Shown: positions 40,899 through 54,603, numbered from the stretch's first letter. The stretch is DNA of 64,000 nt from Eledone cirrhosa (GCA_964016885.1 OZ024741.1:301320001-301384000), one strand, 5' to 3'. A program made the numbers and translations. Notes: generated by a model not told the origin, from the sequence alone.

Positions 40899-41684
40899 TA
40901 TATTTGAAAAGGGAAGTGAGGTTCTAAATATAACAGTGGTTATAGAGAGAAGGGGAGAATGGAAATAGCACGGAAAATATATTTAAGGGTCTGTTTTTCT
41001 TTTTTTCTTGTTTTCTCTTTCTTTGATTTGTCAAAGTGACATTATTGAAAAAATGAGAGGGACAATTCTTTTTAAAAAAGAGTTTTATAATGTATATAAA
41101 GTAGAACCGGTTTCGATGTATTAGTAAAATTCATCTGATCAAGTGTTGAGTATTACAATTAAGAGAATTAATAAGAATTAAAAACTAAAAATTAAAGTTT
41201 TAAAATTAAGCGTGTGTGCATGTGTATCTATGTGTCTGTGTCTATGTGTGTGTGTCTGTGTGTGTGTGTGTGTGTGTGCGTGTGTGTGTGTGTGTGCGTG
41301 TGTCGGTGTGTGTGTGTGCATGCATGTGTGTTTCTGTGTGTGTATGTATGTGTGTCTATGTGTGTGTGGGTGTATTTCGGAATAAATTGAAAGAAACACA
41401 GATGTTGGTGTCTTACCTGTTATTTTATTTGCCTGTTCTAATTTTTAAGGTTTGAAATTTCTTCGTCAGAAAGCTATAATAAGAAACATGGTCGGAGTTC
41501 GTGCAAGTGTCGTTACCAGTTCACCATATTTTCTTCTGACCCACTTTCTTAAATTTAATATAATTTCTAAAGCCACAAACGAATCTATATATTTGTCTCA
41601 CTCTATCTATTTTCTGATGACTGCTTATGCTTCTCTATATGTTTGACTCACATTTTCGTGAATATATATATATATATATATATA

Positions 41685-42045
41685 TATAAAGAAAAAAAGA
41701 TGAAATCGAAAATGCAACTGGAGTCTTATTTTAAACAAAATATATATATGTATTTGGTTCCTTTACCGATTTCGCAGTTCTTCTGCTTTACAAAAGTAGA
41801 TTGAGATAGAGGGTCTGTGGTTTTTCTCACATCTGTGAGAAAAACCACAGACCCTCCATCTCAACTCTACTTTTGTAAAGCAGAAGAACTGCGAAACCGG
41901 TAAAGGAACCAAATAAATATATATATTTTGTTTAAAATAAGACTCCAGTTGCATTTTCGATTTCAACATTTTTTTCTTTATACTTTCACTCGTGTAGGAC
42001 ACCTCGGTAATTTTTCATTTTGTAAAAAAAAAACTCACTTTCTAA
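41685..42045. mobile_element. Fold-back cassette (~148-bp arms, 2-nt loop, ~60-nt tail) with degenerate HHR-like motif 41869-41906
   Basis: CUU-UUGUAAA-GCAG aagaa CUGC-GAAA-CCGG-UA-AAG in the right arm, mirrored in the left. Confidence 0.75.
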
Positions 42046-42187
42046 TATATATATATATATATCGAATGTAGAAAAGTAACACAGGAGTTGATATATATGA
42101 AAAGAAATAATAGAAAGGAAAAAGATTCTTTCAGTAGAAAATGTTGAAGAGATTTTTTCAGTGAGATATCAAAGCATTAATTTATTT

Positions 42188-42225
42188 ACGATACAGGTTT
42201 CAGCATTATATGCATTGTCAATTGT
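42188..42225 (-). ncRNA. Degenerate minimal hammerhead, U3-A8 variant
   Basis: ACAA-UUGACAA-UGCA uauaa UGCU-GAAA-CCUG-UA-UCGU. Confidence 0.45.
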
Positions 42226-43178
42226 GGATATGCAGAATATTGTTAATTTGCATATTTGTACAGATAGTGATAATAATAAAAATAATAATAATGAAAATAA
42301 AAAGGAGAATAAAAATTAATTTTCACATACATGTTCATTCAGAGAAGAGAGTTCATTTCTCTGTCAATCCTACTCTGCTTGTATAAGGAAAAAAATAGGG
42401 TTTGAAATTTGTATTAATGTGCCAAGTAATTTGATGATAATTTATATATTAATATATAAATAATCATCAAATTACTTGTCACATTAACACAGAAACCGTC
42501 TTAATAACCGATAGGTCAGTCATTGCATTTTTCAAACCCTATTTTCCCTATAACATGATTTGTAAAGAAACCCATAACATTCAAATTTCTCAGTATATAT
42601 AGATATATATATATATATACGTGTGTGTGAGTGTGTGTGTGCGTACGAGTGTGTGTGCATGCGTACGTGTGTGCGTGTGAGTGTAAGTGTTTGTGTGTGT
42701 GGGTAGTTGTATGCATGTATGTGTGCGTAGTTGTATGTGTGTAGATTTATGTGTGTGTAGAGCTATGGGCGTGAATTTGAATTCACGTTAAATAGGGTAT
42801 ACTGAATACTGTACTGAAAACAATGATGAAAATAAATTTTTCTTGCAACAGGAAAAAGAAAAGGATGACTGCATTTCTCTTTCAGTAATTCAATAAATCC
42901 AGGAATATATATATATATGCGTGTGTGTGTGTTTGAAGGCTCATGGCTGAGTGGTTAGAGAATTGGGTACGTAATCGTGAGGTTGTGAGTTCGATTCCCA
43001 GACCGGGCGATGCGTTATGTCCTTGGGCAAGACACTTTATTTCATTATGCTCCTTCTACCTGGAGTTGCGACCGATAGATAGTATTAGCAATTTGAAAGA
43101 TCAATTTGACAAAAGTCGAACGACTATCGATATATACCCAGTAAAGAATGTTACCAAACACTATTATTTATATCATAC

Positions 43179-43745
43179 GGTGGTGGTTTGGCAGTATCGG
43201 TAGAGGGTCGGACAACATGCTTTGTAGCACAGAGTTACGCCCCTTTCTGATCTGAGTTCAAATCCTGCCGAGGTTAACTTTGCCTTTCATCCTTACAGGG
43301 TCGATAAAATAAAGTACCAGTAATGCACTGGGTAATTGCTGGCCTTGTGCCAAAAGTAGAAACAATTATTTATATCATAACTTTTTCACCCGCACCTTTT
43401 CAGGAATATACCACCTACAGCGGGATAGCACTTTTGACGCCTCGGTTTCTCATGGCTCTGTGAGTAGTAACTTGTACCTATCACCGAGCGCAAACACAAT
43501 CGCAAATAACACATCTTCAACATATACTGATGTTTACACATTATTGTATTAGAATTTAGGGCGGGAGATTGGCAGTATCAGTAGAAGGTCGGACGCCATG
43601 CTTTCTAGTATAGTTACGTCCCTTTACGATCTGAGTTCAAATCTCACCGAGGTTAACTTTGCCTGTCATCCTTACAGGGTCGATAAAATAAAGTACCAGT
43701 AATTACTGGGTAATTGCTGGCCTTGTGCCAAAAGTAGAAACAATT
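43179..43745 (+). mobile_element. Two full-length tRNA-derived SINE copies (43179-43367; 43559-43745)
   Basis: TGGCAGTATCGG A-box-like, GAGTTCAAATC B-box, and family body. Confidence 0.85.
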
Positions 43746-44529
43746 ATTGTATTAGAATTTAATTACATTGATTCCTCATACAGCTTTATAATTTTCCACA
43801 TGTATTCAATATTATGGTGGAACATATAAAGTCCAGTATCCAAGCATGACAGCTGTGTGTAAATGTTTATATATATATATATAACGGCGATGAATTAGTT
43901 TTGCGAGGTTTTTGATATGAAATCGTGTGTCGAAACAAATAGTTATACTTGGGGAGGGTCATATTTGTGCAATAATATTGCCAGAATTAATAATAGAACA
44001 CACTCCCTGTTTAGTTGGTTTTCGCTTATGTGTCTTTTATATCGGTTAATTTAATTTATTCGGTCCTCAATGTTACCATTGACTGACCAACGGTCAAAAA
44101 TACAGATATAATATAGACACAAACACATATATATAGTCTAACAAAGTTCTTTCGTTCCACATCTGCAACATTGTCAGTGGTGCTATTATGTTCCTCCTGT
44201 TGTATTGTATGCCTACGCCATCTTTATTTAGTCTGTTTATTTATTTATTTATTTGTGCCTTCTCTGTGCATGCGTTTGCGTGTGTGTATTGTGTTTGGGT
44301 GACTGTGTATTGGTTATTGTATTCTATCTTAGTTTACTAATGTGTGTTTATATGTGTTTGTTGTTATTGTGCTTGTGTATGTATTTATTTATTTTTTTAA
44401 TTTATTTAGTTATACTTCTCTTAGCTCAGTATTGTTTCTTTGGCTGTTCTTGTTATTCCATTCATTTTTTCTGTTTAGCCTTGGCCTTCTAAGTTCTATT
44501 TCGCTGGCCTCTCTGATTTGCCTATCTGC

Positions 44530-45990
44530 TGGGTCATTTCTATGTTTAGATATTATTTTAATTTCTATGTTGTCTATGTTACCGTCGTGTTGTTGTCTGG
44601 CATGTTCGTATAGTACTGAACCTTTTTTTTTCGTCCTTTTAGTTCCCCCCGGTGTTGGTCTATCCTTTCACCTATGCAACGAGCTGTCTCTCCTATGTAT
44701 GTTGTTGTCACGTTTCTGAAAGTACCCTCTGTACATCATCTCATACTATAGACTACGTTTCTAGTCTTACGGTTTATCCGGGGGTTTAATTTACATATAA
44801 TACATATCTTATTAGTACAGTGGGTTTTCTTAAAAGGGTACGTTTTGCTGATCGGGGATTTTATGGTGGTTCCAGGCTTTTCTACCACCTTAATCTTTAA
44901 GTGGGTCTTTTTCAGGGCCTTTCTACAGTGGTTAGCTAATTTCCCTCCAGGGGTAGTGTCCACAAACATAACACTCTGGTATCTCTGGTTGTCGTACCAT
45001 GAGGTGGCTGTCCCTATCTTATGTGTAGTCCTATCTAAGCTATTCCATGATTTTCTCCTGTATAATAGGCAAATTTCTTTCATGTCCAGTTCTATGAGGG
45101 TCCACCCAATCCACCTTCCCATGGGAGTCTTTTTTGCCATTGAGGTTATGGTGGTGGGGTCTACCTCTTATGGGTCTACTGGGGCAGAAACGCCTAAGGT
45201 CATGGCTGTCTAGGTAGTTAGTGTCATGGGTAAGTCTAAGTAGGAGGCCCAGTTCGTCTGTATCGACGTCGCAGAATTCCACCTCACTCTCAATGATCAT
45301 CTCCACACATTTTCCCACAGTAAAATCAATGTTAATGGATGGGTACAGTGATACCACATGCATACTGCCTATTATGCAGTTAAATAGGTTTTTGTTTTTG
45401 TTGCACTCACTGATTCTGCTGAGGAGGTCCTCTGTACTGTCACATACATCTGGGGACATCTTGATTATGGGGCGTATAACCATTGAGAGGAAGTAGGAGA
45501 TCCTGTAGTTGCTAGATATATTGGCTCCGCATACAGGTCTTGTTGGTGTTCCTGTTGTCGGGTCGTCGACTGTCTTATGGTCTTTGCGGAGCCCATACAA
45601 GGGTGGTATTGTTAGACGCCTGGAAGTTGTTGGCAGTGCGTCTGCTTGGCTTTAGGATGTCGGTCCACATCATCATGTGAGCGTTGAGGATTTTGTCTCT
45701 CCCCTCATGTATTTGCTGTGAATTTTCGTTCGTGTTGGTGATGTGGGGTTGCATAGCCTTGATGTAGTTCGCCATGATGTCTATTGACATCCTACCAGAC
45801 TTATCCGTGGGTAGACATACTACCTCACCATCCCTTGTGCGCTGCTTGAGGCTAACCAAGCCGTCTACAGGTTTTCTCCCAAGTTGTTGGATCTCTGGTC
45901 TGATTTGTCTCTTAATATACCGGTCTACTATTTGTCTAATCTTATTTCTAGCTATGGTGAACTGTGCCTCTGTCTCGTCATCTATTTGAT
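44530..45990 (-). pseudogene. PLE ORF, inverted copy with RT core deleted
   Basis: LPTDKSGRMSI, YGLRKDHK...PTRPVCGA, SLYPSI, then a jump to the thumb/EN region. Confidence 0.82.
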
Positions 45991-45991
45991 G

Positions 45992-48040
45992 ATAGACAGC
46001 ATGCCGAACTACATCAAGGCTATGCAACCCCACATCACCAACACGAGCAAAATTGCACAGCAAATACATGAGAGGAGAGACAAAATCCTCAACGCTCACA
46101 TGATGATGTGGACCGACATCCTAAAGCCAAGCAGACGCACTGCCAACAACTTCCAGGCGTCTAACAATGGCATACCGCCCTTGTATGGAGAAGACCATAA
46201 GACAGTTGACGAACCGACAACAGGAACACCAACAAGATCTGTATGCGGACCCAATATAGCTAGCAACTACAGGATCTTCTACTTCCTCTCAATGGTTATA
46301 CGCCCCATACTCAAGATGTCCCCAGATGTATGTGCCAGTACAGACGACCTCCTCAGCAGAATCAGTGAGTGCAACAAAAACAAAATCCTATCCAACTGCA
46401 TAATAGGCAGTATGGATGTGGTATCACTGTACCCATCCATTAACATTGATTTTGCTGTGGGAAAATGTGTGGAGATGATCATTGAGAGTGAGGTGGAGTT
46501 CTGCGACGTCGACACAGACGAACTGGGCCTCCTACCTAGACTTACCTATGACACTGACTACCTAGACAGCAATTTTCTGCCGCAATAGACCCATAAGAAG
46601 TAGATCCTCCACCATAACCTCAATGGCAAAAAAGGACTCCCATGGAAGGTGAATTGGGTGTACCAAAGCTATACGGACCCCCAAAACAATGATCAGGTAA
46701 GAAAAATGGTCGCACATGCTATAGGGGCTAGTATCAAAACTACCCTAAAGGGCCACATATTCAAATTCAACGAGATCTACACCCAAAATGAGGGAGCAAC
46801 CATTGGCGTCAGCATAGCTGGTGACGTTGCCAACCTTTTTATGGTATGGTGGGAAAGGAAATTCAAAGATCTCCTTGATGAGAGCTCCATAGACCTCATC
46901 ATGTACTCTCGTTATGTAGACGACATCAATATAGTAATAAGGACATCCCCACAAGAGAGTACTAACAAGTTTGATTTAGAACGTAGCACAATCGAAAGCA
47001 TCCAGCAGATAGCTAATTCAAACACAAGAGTATAACTGTAACTATCGACTACCCTTCCAAACACCCTAACAATAGACTACCTGTATTAGACACGGAACTC
47101 TGGACTAACACTATACACGAGAGAGCCCAAATTCTCCACTCACACTACGCTAAACCCATGGCCTCCAAATACCTGATACTCTAAACTCAGCAATGTCCAG
47201 TAGTGCTAAGTTTAATATTCTGATCGCAGACTTGGTACGAGTGATGAAGAATGTGTCCCGCTTGTGCGACCCAACAGAAATGGAAAGACACATCCAACAT
47301 CCATCAACCGCATGCAGTTTTTGGGCTACAACCAAAGAGACAGAATCAGAGTATATGAATGAGCCACGGAGAAGTATAAGGCCCTCATAGAACTGGACAT
47401 GAAAAGAATTTGCCCATTATACAGGAGCAAATCGTGGAATAGCTTAGATAGGACTAGACATAAGATAGGGAGAGCCACCTCATGGTACGACAACCAGATA
47501 TACCAGAGTGTCATGTTTGTGGACGCTACTCCTGGAGGGAAATTAGCTAACCAGTGTAGAAAGGCCCTGAAAAAGACCCACTTAAAGATTAAGGTGGTAG
47601 AAAAGCCTGGAACCACCATAAAATCCCTGATCAGCAAAACCTACCCTTTTAAGAAAACCCACTGTACTAATAGGAAATGTATTATATGTAAATTAAACCC
47701 CCGGTTAAACTGTAAGACTAGAAACGTAGTCTATAGCATAAGATGTACAGAGGGTACTTTCAGAAACATGACAACATACATAGGCGAGACAGCTCGTTGC
47801 ATAGGTGAAAGGGTAGACCAACACTGGGGGGAACTAAAAGGACGAAAAAAACATTTCAGTACTGTACGAACATGCCAGACAACACGACGGTAACATAGAC
47901 AACATAGAAATTAAAATAATATCTAAACATAGAAATGACCCAGCAGATAGGCAAATCAGAGAGGCCAGCGAAATAGAACTTAGAAGGCCAAGGCTAAACA
48001 GAAAAAATGAATGGAATAACAAGAACACCCAAAGAAACAA
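45992..48040 (+). pseudogene. PLE RT + GIY-YIG, frameshifted
   Basis: IGSMDVVSLYPSI, QNEGATIG..AGDVANLFM, SRYVDD, CTNRKCIIC, NVVYSIRC..YIGETAR. Confidence 0.88.
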
Positions 48041-48293
48041 TACTGACCTAAGAGAAGTATAACTATATAAATTAAATAAATAAATAAATACATACACAAG
48101 CACAATAACAACAAACACATATAAACACACACTAGTAAACTAAGATAGAATACAATAACCAATACACAGTCACCCAAACACAATACACACACGCAAACGC
48201 ATGCGCAGAGAAGGCAAACATAAATAAATAAATAAATAAACAGACTAAATAAAGATGGCGTAGGCATACAATACAACAAGAGGAAACATAATA

Positions 48294-48340
48294 GCACCAC
48301 TGACGATGTTTCAGATGTGCAACGAAAGAACTTTGTTAGA
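48294..48340 (+). ncRNA. Minimal hammerhead motif in pLTR (mirror 44137-44184 minus)
   Basis: Consensus of the two arms: CUGACGA-U-GUUGCA gaug UGCAAC-GAAA-GAAC-UU; stem I is weak. Confidence 0.6.
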
Positions 48341-48531
48341 CTATATATATGTGTTTGTGTCTATATTATATCTGTATTTTTGCCCGTTGGTCAGTCAATG
48401 GTAACAATGAGGACCGAATAAATTAAATTAACCGATATAAAAGACACAGAAGCGAAAACCACCCAAACAGTGAGTGTGTTCTATTATTAATTCTGCAATA
48501 TTATTACACAAATATAACCCTCCCCAAGTAT

Positions 48532-48601
<70 letters not shown>

Positions 48602-48688
48602 AAGAACACAAGAGCGTCTACAACATCAAAAGATTTTTATTGGCTTACAATGTTTCTTCCTTACGTAACCGTATATATATATATATAT

Positions 48689-48871
48689 AACGAAGGAGTT
48701 GTGGTAAGGAACCAGATGGACCATAACGCACCAGAGTACTCAATACTTAGGGTAGTAGACTGGGTAATAGGAAAATATATGAGCCCGACGGCAGAGCTCA
48801 AGCCGTTTTCGAGTCCAGAAATAGCCGTTGAAACGGCTTGAGCTCTGCCGTCGGGGTCATACCTTTCCCTA
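48689..48871. mobile_element. Short fold-back cassette with tail (family of 10866/11762), retaining only the HHR helix III half
   Basis: gaaacggcttgagctctgccgtcgggg and its reverse complement. Confidence 0.7.
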
Positions 48872-49217
48872 TATATATATATTTGAAAAGGGAAGTAAGG
48901 TTCTATACATAACAGTGGTTATAGAGAGAAGGTGAGATTGGAAATACCAAGGAAAATATATTTAAGGGTCTGTTTTTCTTTTTTTCTTTGTTTTCCTTTC
49001 TTTGATTCGTCAAAAGTGACATTATTGAAAAAATGAGAGGGACAATTCTTTTTAAAAAAGAGTTTTATAATGTATATAAAGTATATAGTACAAAGTATAA
49101 CCGGTTTCGATATGTTAGTAAAATTCATCTTATTGTAATAATAACTGTCTATATACTCGTATATCCAGTAAAGTATGTTATGAAACATTATTATTTATAT
49201 CCTAACATTTATATATA

Positions 49218-50360
49218 TTAAGATAACAGATTAAAGTTTAAGCAAAGAATCGCTGCTTTCACCCTTAACGGGATCTTCTGAAACTAATTATATGTATACA
49301 CGCACATACACACACACACACACACATATATATATTTTTTTATATATGTTTATGTGTATTTCGTGTATACGTTCGTATGTGTCGGGTACAGGCGTTGCGT
49401 GGGTTCTGTATGTGCGTGCGTGTTGTTTTGTGTACGTGCTTGTATTTGCATAGCCATGGCGGGTGTTTTCGCATATGCATGTGTATGTACGTATATGGAT
49501 GCGTATATGTATATATTTAATTATTGTTGATTTCAATAACTTTTGTCATTTTCGTTCTACTAATTTATTGACATTATTCTTAACTCTGAAGCGAAGAATC
49601 ATTCGGTTTCCTAAATAGAATTTTAGTCTAAGACTTTAGTTATACAATAAACGTGGTTTTGTCTTTGCGTGTAATTGTTCTCATCGGCCCACATAATGAC
49701 TTATTATCTTCGTTTTTTTCCGTTCATTGCCATTGAACGTCTCCACGAACCACCTAATAGAATAATAGTCTACGACTTCATTTATACCATAAACGTGATT
49801 TTGTCTTTGCGTGTAATTGTTTTCACCGCTCCAAATAATTGTTTCTACCTTTGGCACAAGGCCAGCAATTACCCAGTGCATTACTAGTACTTTACTTCAT
49901 CGACACCGCTCCAAATAATTGTTTCTACTTTTTGCACAAGGCCAGCAATTATCCCAGTGCATTACTGGTACTTTATTTTATCGATCCCGTAAGGATGAAA
50001 GGCAAAGTTAACCTAGGCGGGATTTGAACTCAGAATGGCAAGGGCCGTAACCGACACTGCTCCAAATAATGACGTATTATCTTCGTTTTTCCGTTCTTTG
50101 TCAGGAAACGTTTCCACGAACCAAAGTATCGTCTTCCTGTCTTTCTTCGGTTGCAACGTTTTACAAAATATTTACTTCTGCGTTCACAGTTGATTTTTTT
50201 AGTTTCAGAAGATCCCGTTAAGGGTGAAAGCCGCGATTCTTTGCTTAAACTTTAATCTGTTATTTTAATAAATATTTGCTCTACGGTTCTTATATATTTG
50301 ATATATATTTATCCTTATCGAGCCCTCTTTGGATTTTAGTCTTCAAATTTATTATTATTA

Positions 50361-50362
<2 letters not shown>
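49218..50362 (+). mobile_element. Non-coding PLE end with inverted pLTR piece (49218-49287), nested SINE fragments (49836-50052 minus) and tail
   Basis: Homology to 37150-37620 and 35646-35710. Confidence 0.75.
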
Positions 50363-50455
<93 letters not shown>

Positions 50456-50788
50456 TATATTTATGCATGTGAGTCTGTGAATGTGTGTGTCTGTGTGTGC
50501 GTATATAGATGTATTTGCCACTAACTCCATATATCAGTCAATAGACAACTATCTCAATTTCTCATATTGTAAGTAATGTGTTCAAAACATGTCAAAAACA
50601 GATACCATTTGAAATAAAAATGTTTGCTTCTTTTACATACGGCCTTTCAATATCTATTTCTATACACACTCCCTTTTTGTTAGACAATCTATTTTTAATG
50701 TTATTTTTAGTGAATACAAACTGTCACTGAGAAATAGAACAACAGAATTAATAATAATAATAATAATAATGATTTAATAATAATAATA

Positions 50789-50973
50789 ATTGTTTCTACT
50801 TTGGGCACAAGGCCAGCAATTACACAATGTATTACTGGTACTTTATTTTATCGACCCCGTAAGGATGAAAGCAAAGTTAACCTCGGCGGGATTTGAACTC
50901 AGAATGGCAAGGGCCGTAAGTCTATGCGTCAAAGCATGGCGTCGGACCCTCTACCTATACTGCCAATCCACCA
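50789..50973 (-). mobile_element. tRNA-derived SINE with (TAA)n-type tail
   Basis: Matches the main SINE family. Confidence 0.85.
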
Positions 50974-51974
50974 ATAGTTTCTGATTTAGGCACAAGGTCA
51001 ACAATTTTTCTATTATCTTCTTTAATACTTTCTGTATAAAGATATTCTAAATATTTAAAATATTTTATTCTAAGGAAAATGGGCATTACGATAGATGCCA
51101 ATAAGTGCCTTATGAATAGATTTGATTACAGTACAGACCGAGGCGAAAGTCGGGTGACTGCTAGTATGTATGTATACTATATATTTATATATAGGTTTCA
51201 TTAAATATTTTTCTGCGTTCTCTCTGTTTGTGTTTGCCGTAATTCCATCAATGATTAACTAATTATAAAATCAAAGCTGACGATGACACCAAGATCGTAA
51301 CCAGGTCATTGAAATATATATATGTATATAGTTTTGGGAACAATGAAACTATAAAGAAACATCACCAGTCCAGCAACCTGTTATTTTAATCAAACCCACA
51401 TTTAACTCCGATCCTACACCAACAACAGGATTCAACATCAACGATAGATGAGTTGCGTAACGTAGAGTGATTTTCCTAGTATTACATCATGGCTAACTAA
51501 ACGGAATAACCAAGCTGTATACAGATATGTATTGCAATTTCGTATTTTTAAAAAAATATGGTATATTTATGAATAAACATTTAGGAAGCCGTAGCTATGC
51601 AAAAACACCAGTGGTTATCGCCATCTGGCGGTGTCCAGCAGAAGCAAGGGGGACAATCGTCGATGCGCATTTCAAACTGAACTGGTTCTTGTCAGAACGA
51701 TCCCTCCCGCTCTTGCGACTGCTGGACTTTGAAAACAGGCGAGAATATATAGTTTTCTCATCTGTGTAAATGAATTGATCAATCTCATTTGCATATGAAG
51801 TTGTATAACTTGGGTAAACTTAATATAGAATCGAATTAGGATTTAGCAATATATATATATATATATATATATATAGATATATAGATATATATATATAGGA
51901 AAAGTAAATAACAACAAGGAGTACAGTTACGAAAGGTGTAAAGTATTAAGTTCACGCTTCAGAGTGGAGGGTGG

Positions 51975-52010
51975 GGGCGATATTTCGGGCATAAGCCCTT
52001 CATCGGGAGA
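51975..52010 (-). ncRNA. Degenerate minimal hammerhead (CCGAUGA core)
   Basis: CCGAUGA-A-GGGC uuau GCCC-GAAA-UA-UC; stem I is poor. Confidence 0.45.
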
Positions 52011-52128
52011 ATGGTAGGAAGGAGAGGAGTTCCAAGAGGGTTTGAGGGGGGAATGGTGGAAAAACATTAAAATAAAAGGAAACAAATTAAAATAAAGGGG
52101 GAAAAATTAAAATTAAAATAACACATGG

Positions 52129-54603
52129 TTGAAAACAAGTGGCAAAGGCATCGCGACCGACGTGCTTGCGGCGAAATTGGCCCTTGACCAATTCTTCAAT
52201 GCAACACACGAAGGCTGCGTTGTCAGAGCTAGGGTGCGTGCTCTCAGACACGAGGGGACGAAAGCCGTTCAATGGGCCGGAGTGGCGGAGGCGCATCGTG
52301 GCAACAAAGCCACGATCCGGTCTTTGGTGGACCACGACGGGCGCATGCTACTCGATCCCGGGCAAATGTGTGAAGCTTTTCAGCGACACTTCGCTCGACT
52401 GTTCGGGGGCAGTGGCGGGCCGGATCGAGGGATGGACTTTAGTGTCTACCTCGACGGACTGCCGCGGCTTTCGGCCACTGAGGCGGAGTGTTGCGAAAAG
52501 CCGATAACAACCGCTGAAGTACGGGATGCAATGACTAGTTGCACAAGGGGTAAATCGCCTGGTTTGGATGGTCTGCCCTATGAACTTTACGTACAAATGC
52601 CAAACTTGTTCGGAGGCCTCTTGGCGGACGTCTACTGCAACTGGCAACAGAACGGGAGAATTCCCAGCTCTGTGAGCCGAGGAGCGGTGGCGCTGCTGAG
52701 AAAGGTTCCGAACAAGGGGGATAACATAGATAATTTTAGGCCCATAACTCTGCTAAACACAGAGTTCAAGATTTTGGCCAAGGTGCTAGCAAAGAGGTTG
52801 GCGCTTGTCGTTGGTGGTCTGGTGGGAGAGGCACAGACATGCGCCATTCCCGACAGATCCATCCACGACAACCTCCACCTCATGCGATACATCGTAGAGA
52901 GGGTAGCTAGGGAACCTGGCACGGGTGGGTCTTTGATCAATTTAGATCAGTCGAAAGCCTTCGATAGGGTCGACCATCGTTACCTAGTGGCAGTCCTGAG
53001 GGCGGCTGGCTTTGGGCCCGTCTTCAGAGGCTGGATCGCCATGCACAGCGACATCTGCTCTGTAGTGAGAGTGAACGGTCACCTTTCGGAACCGTTCAAC
53101 ATCATGCGCTCGGTCCGCCAAGGATGTCCCCTCTCGTCCCTATTGTACGTATTGACTCTCGAGCCATTACTGCACAAACTGGAGACGTTGAGGGGGGTCC
53201 CGCGCGAACTAGGATGCGGAAGATCCGTGTCAGCATATGCCGACGATGTCACCGTAGTGGTGTCGAACGCCAAACACATCGAGGCGATCAGCACTACACT
53301 AAGAGAATACGAAGCGGTGACAGGAGCAATGATCAACCAGGAAATGTCAGTGGGCCTGCAGCTCGGCACCTGGAGAGGCAGGTACATGCCGTCCAACAGC
53401 GTCGTCGGGCGCTGGACGGACGGACCGGTTAAATTGCTAGGGGTCTGGTTCGGTCCAGACCTCCAGACGGACAAAAACTGGGACGAGGTGACGAGCAGGG
53501 TGGCTTCTCTCACCCAGAAATGGGCCGAGAGGAAGCTATCCCTGAAAGGTCGAGCGGAGGTGGCGAATGCGTACATCGCATCCGTCTTCTACTACCGCCT
53601 GACCGTCGTACCTTGTCCTAAGCCCCGCCTGACTGCGCTGGAGCGTTTACTCTTTCGCTTCTTGTGGAAGGGACGCGCTCCGATGGTCAGGCGGTCCATC
53701 TGCTGTCAACACCCGCTACGTGGAGGGCTGGGCATGCCGTGGCTGATGATGCGCAGACACGCGCTCAGGCTACGACATCTCCACCTCTTCCTCGACGGTG
53801 ATCAGGTATGGTCGCCGTTTGCAAAACACGTTTTTCCCCAGCTCGTCTCCTTGACGGAGCTGCAGTCCTGGGTCAAGCGAAGACCGAGAGGGAGCGCTTG
53901 GAGACTGGAATGTCTTCAGGCGCTCACAGCCCTCGACCAATCGGGCAATGTGATCGGTGGAAACTCCACCTTGGCGTTCTATAGGGGATTAGTGGAGGGG
54001 AAGAGCGACGACGTACTTGGAGAAACTCTAGGCGTCGACGAAAATCAACTAGCCAATCTCTTCGGAAGGACTTTCGGGCCGGGGCCTATGGACAACTTCC
54101 AGAAATCCCTGGCCTGGCAGTGCTACCGAGGAGCTTTGCCAGTTCGGGATAAACTCTACAGGCATGGAGGTGCCGTCAGCCGGGCATGTCCGAGATGCGC
54201 GCAGGGCGACGAAACCGTCCTGCACGCACTCGTCCAGTGTCCGAGCATTGCTGACTTGTGGGTTTATGTCGAACACCTGCTGTCACGTGTAGGACCTATC
54301 CAGATATCAGCTGAGTCCATCGTGAGGATTGCCCCGCCCCCTTCCTTTAGCCTGGAAGGGCAGGCAGTTTTTATCTGTCTGGTGGCCATGGCGAAAGAGA
54401 TAGTATGGTGGAAACGTTTGAAAGGGCTGAAGACGAGCACTTACCTCTTCGGTGATGCCCTGATTAACTTTTTCAAATTTCATTTGAAAAGGAAAATCAG
54501 GGTAGAGAGGGAAGTGCTCTCTTCCCAGCATTTTGTTGAAAGATGGGTGAGAGAAGCAAGTATGGCCCGAATGAATAGGCCTTCTCTGAGTATGTGTCTG
54601 TAA
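52129..54603 (+). CDS. LINE ORF2 RT + C-terminal zinc finger, uninterrupted but lacking APE (5' truncation)
   Basis: KSPGLDGLP, FRPITLLN, LDQSKAFDRVDH, VRQGCPLS, AYADD, CPRCAQGDETVLHALVQC. Confidence 0.9.
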   Translation: MKTSGKGIATDVLAAKLALDQFFNATHEGCVVRARVRALRHEGTKAVQWAGVAEAHRGNKATIRSLVDHDGRMLLDPGQMCEAFQRHFARLFGGSGGPDRGMDFSVYLDGLPRLSATEAECCEKPITTAEVRDAMTSCTRGKSPGLDGLPYELYVQMPNLFGGLLADVYCNWQQNGRIPSSVSRGAVALLRKVPNKGDNIDNFRPITLLNTEFKILAKVLAKRLALVVGGLVGEAQTCAIPDRSIHDNLHLMRYIVERVAREPGTGGSLINLDQSKAFDRVDHRYLVAVLRAAGFGPVFRGWIAMHSDICSVVRVNGHLSEPFNIMRSVRQGCPLSSLLYVLTLEPLLHKLETLRGVPRELGCGRSVSAYADDVTVVVSNAKHIEAISTTLREYEAVTGAMINQEMSVGLQLGTWRGRYMPSNSVVGRWTDGPVKLLGVWFGPDLQTDKNWDEVTSRVASLTQKWAERKLSLKGRAEVANAYIASVFYYRLTVVPCPKPRLTALERLLFRFLWKGRAPMVRRSICCQHPLRGGLGMPWLMMRRHALRLRHLHLFLDGDQVWSPFAKHVFPQLVSLTELQSWVKRRPRGSAWRLECLQALTALDQSGNVIGGNSTLAFYRGLVEGKSDDVLGETLGVDENQLANLFGRTFGPGPMDNFQKSLAWQCYRGALPVRDKLYRHGGAVSRACPRCAQGDETVLHALVQCPSIADLWVYVEHLLSRVGPIQISAESIVRIAPPPSFSLEGQAVFICLVAMAKEIVWWKRLKGLKTSTYLFGDALINFFKFHLKRKIRVEREVLSSQHFVERWVREASMARMNRPSLSMCL

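Larger units (their letters stand above)
43884..48538. mobile_element. Head-to-head inverted pair of PLE copies (arms 43942-45784 minus; 45992-48535 plus)
   Basis: Arms are reverse-complementary, the left arm lacks the equivalent of ~46661-47381, and (TA)n flanks both sides. Confidence 0.92.

Noticed and set aside
45575-46099. Overlapping opposite-strand ORFs at the palindrome centre
   Set aside because: Both are chimeras across the inversion junction at ~45991.
51272-51336. CUGACGA-UGAC..GUCA-UU-GAAA-(UA)n
   Set aside because: Helix III is expanded into a microsatellite and stem I is poor; degenerate.
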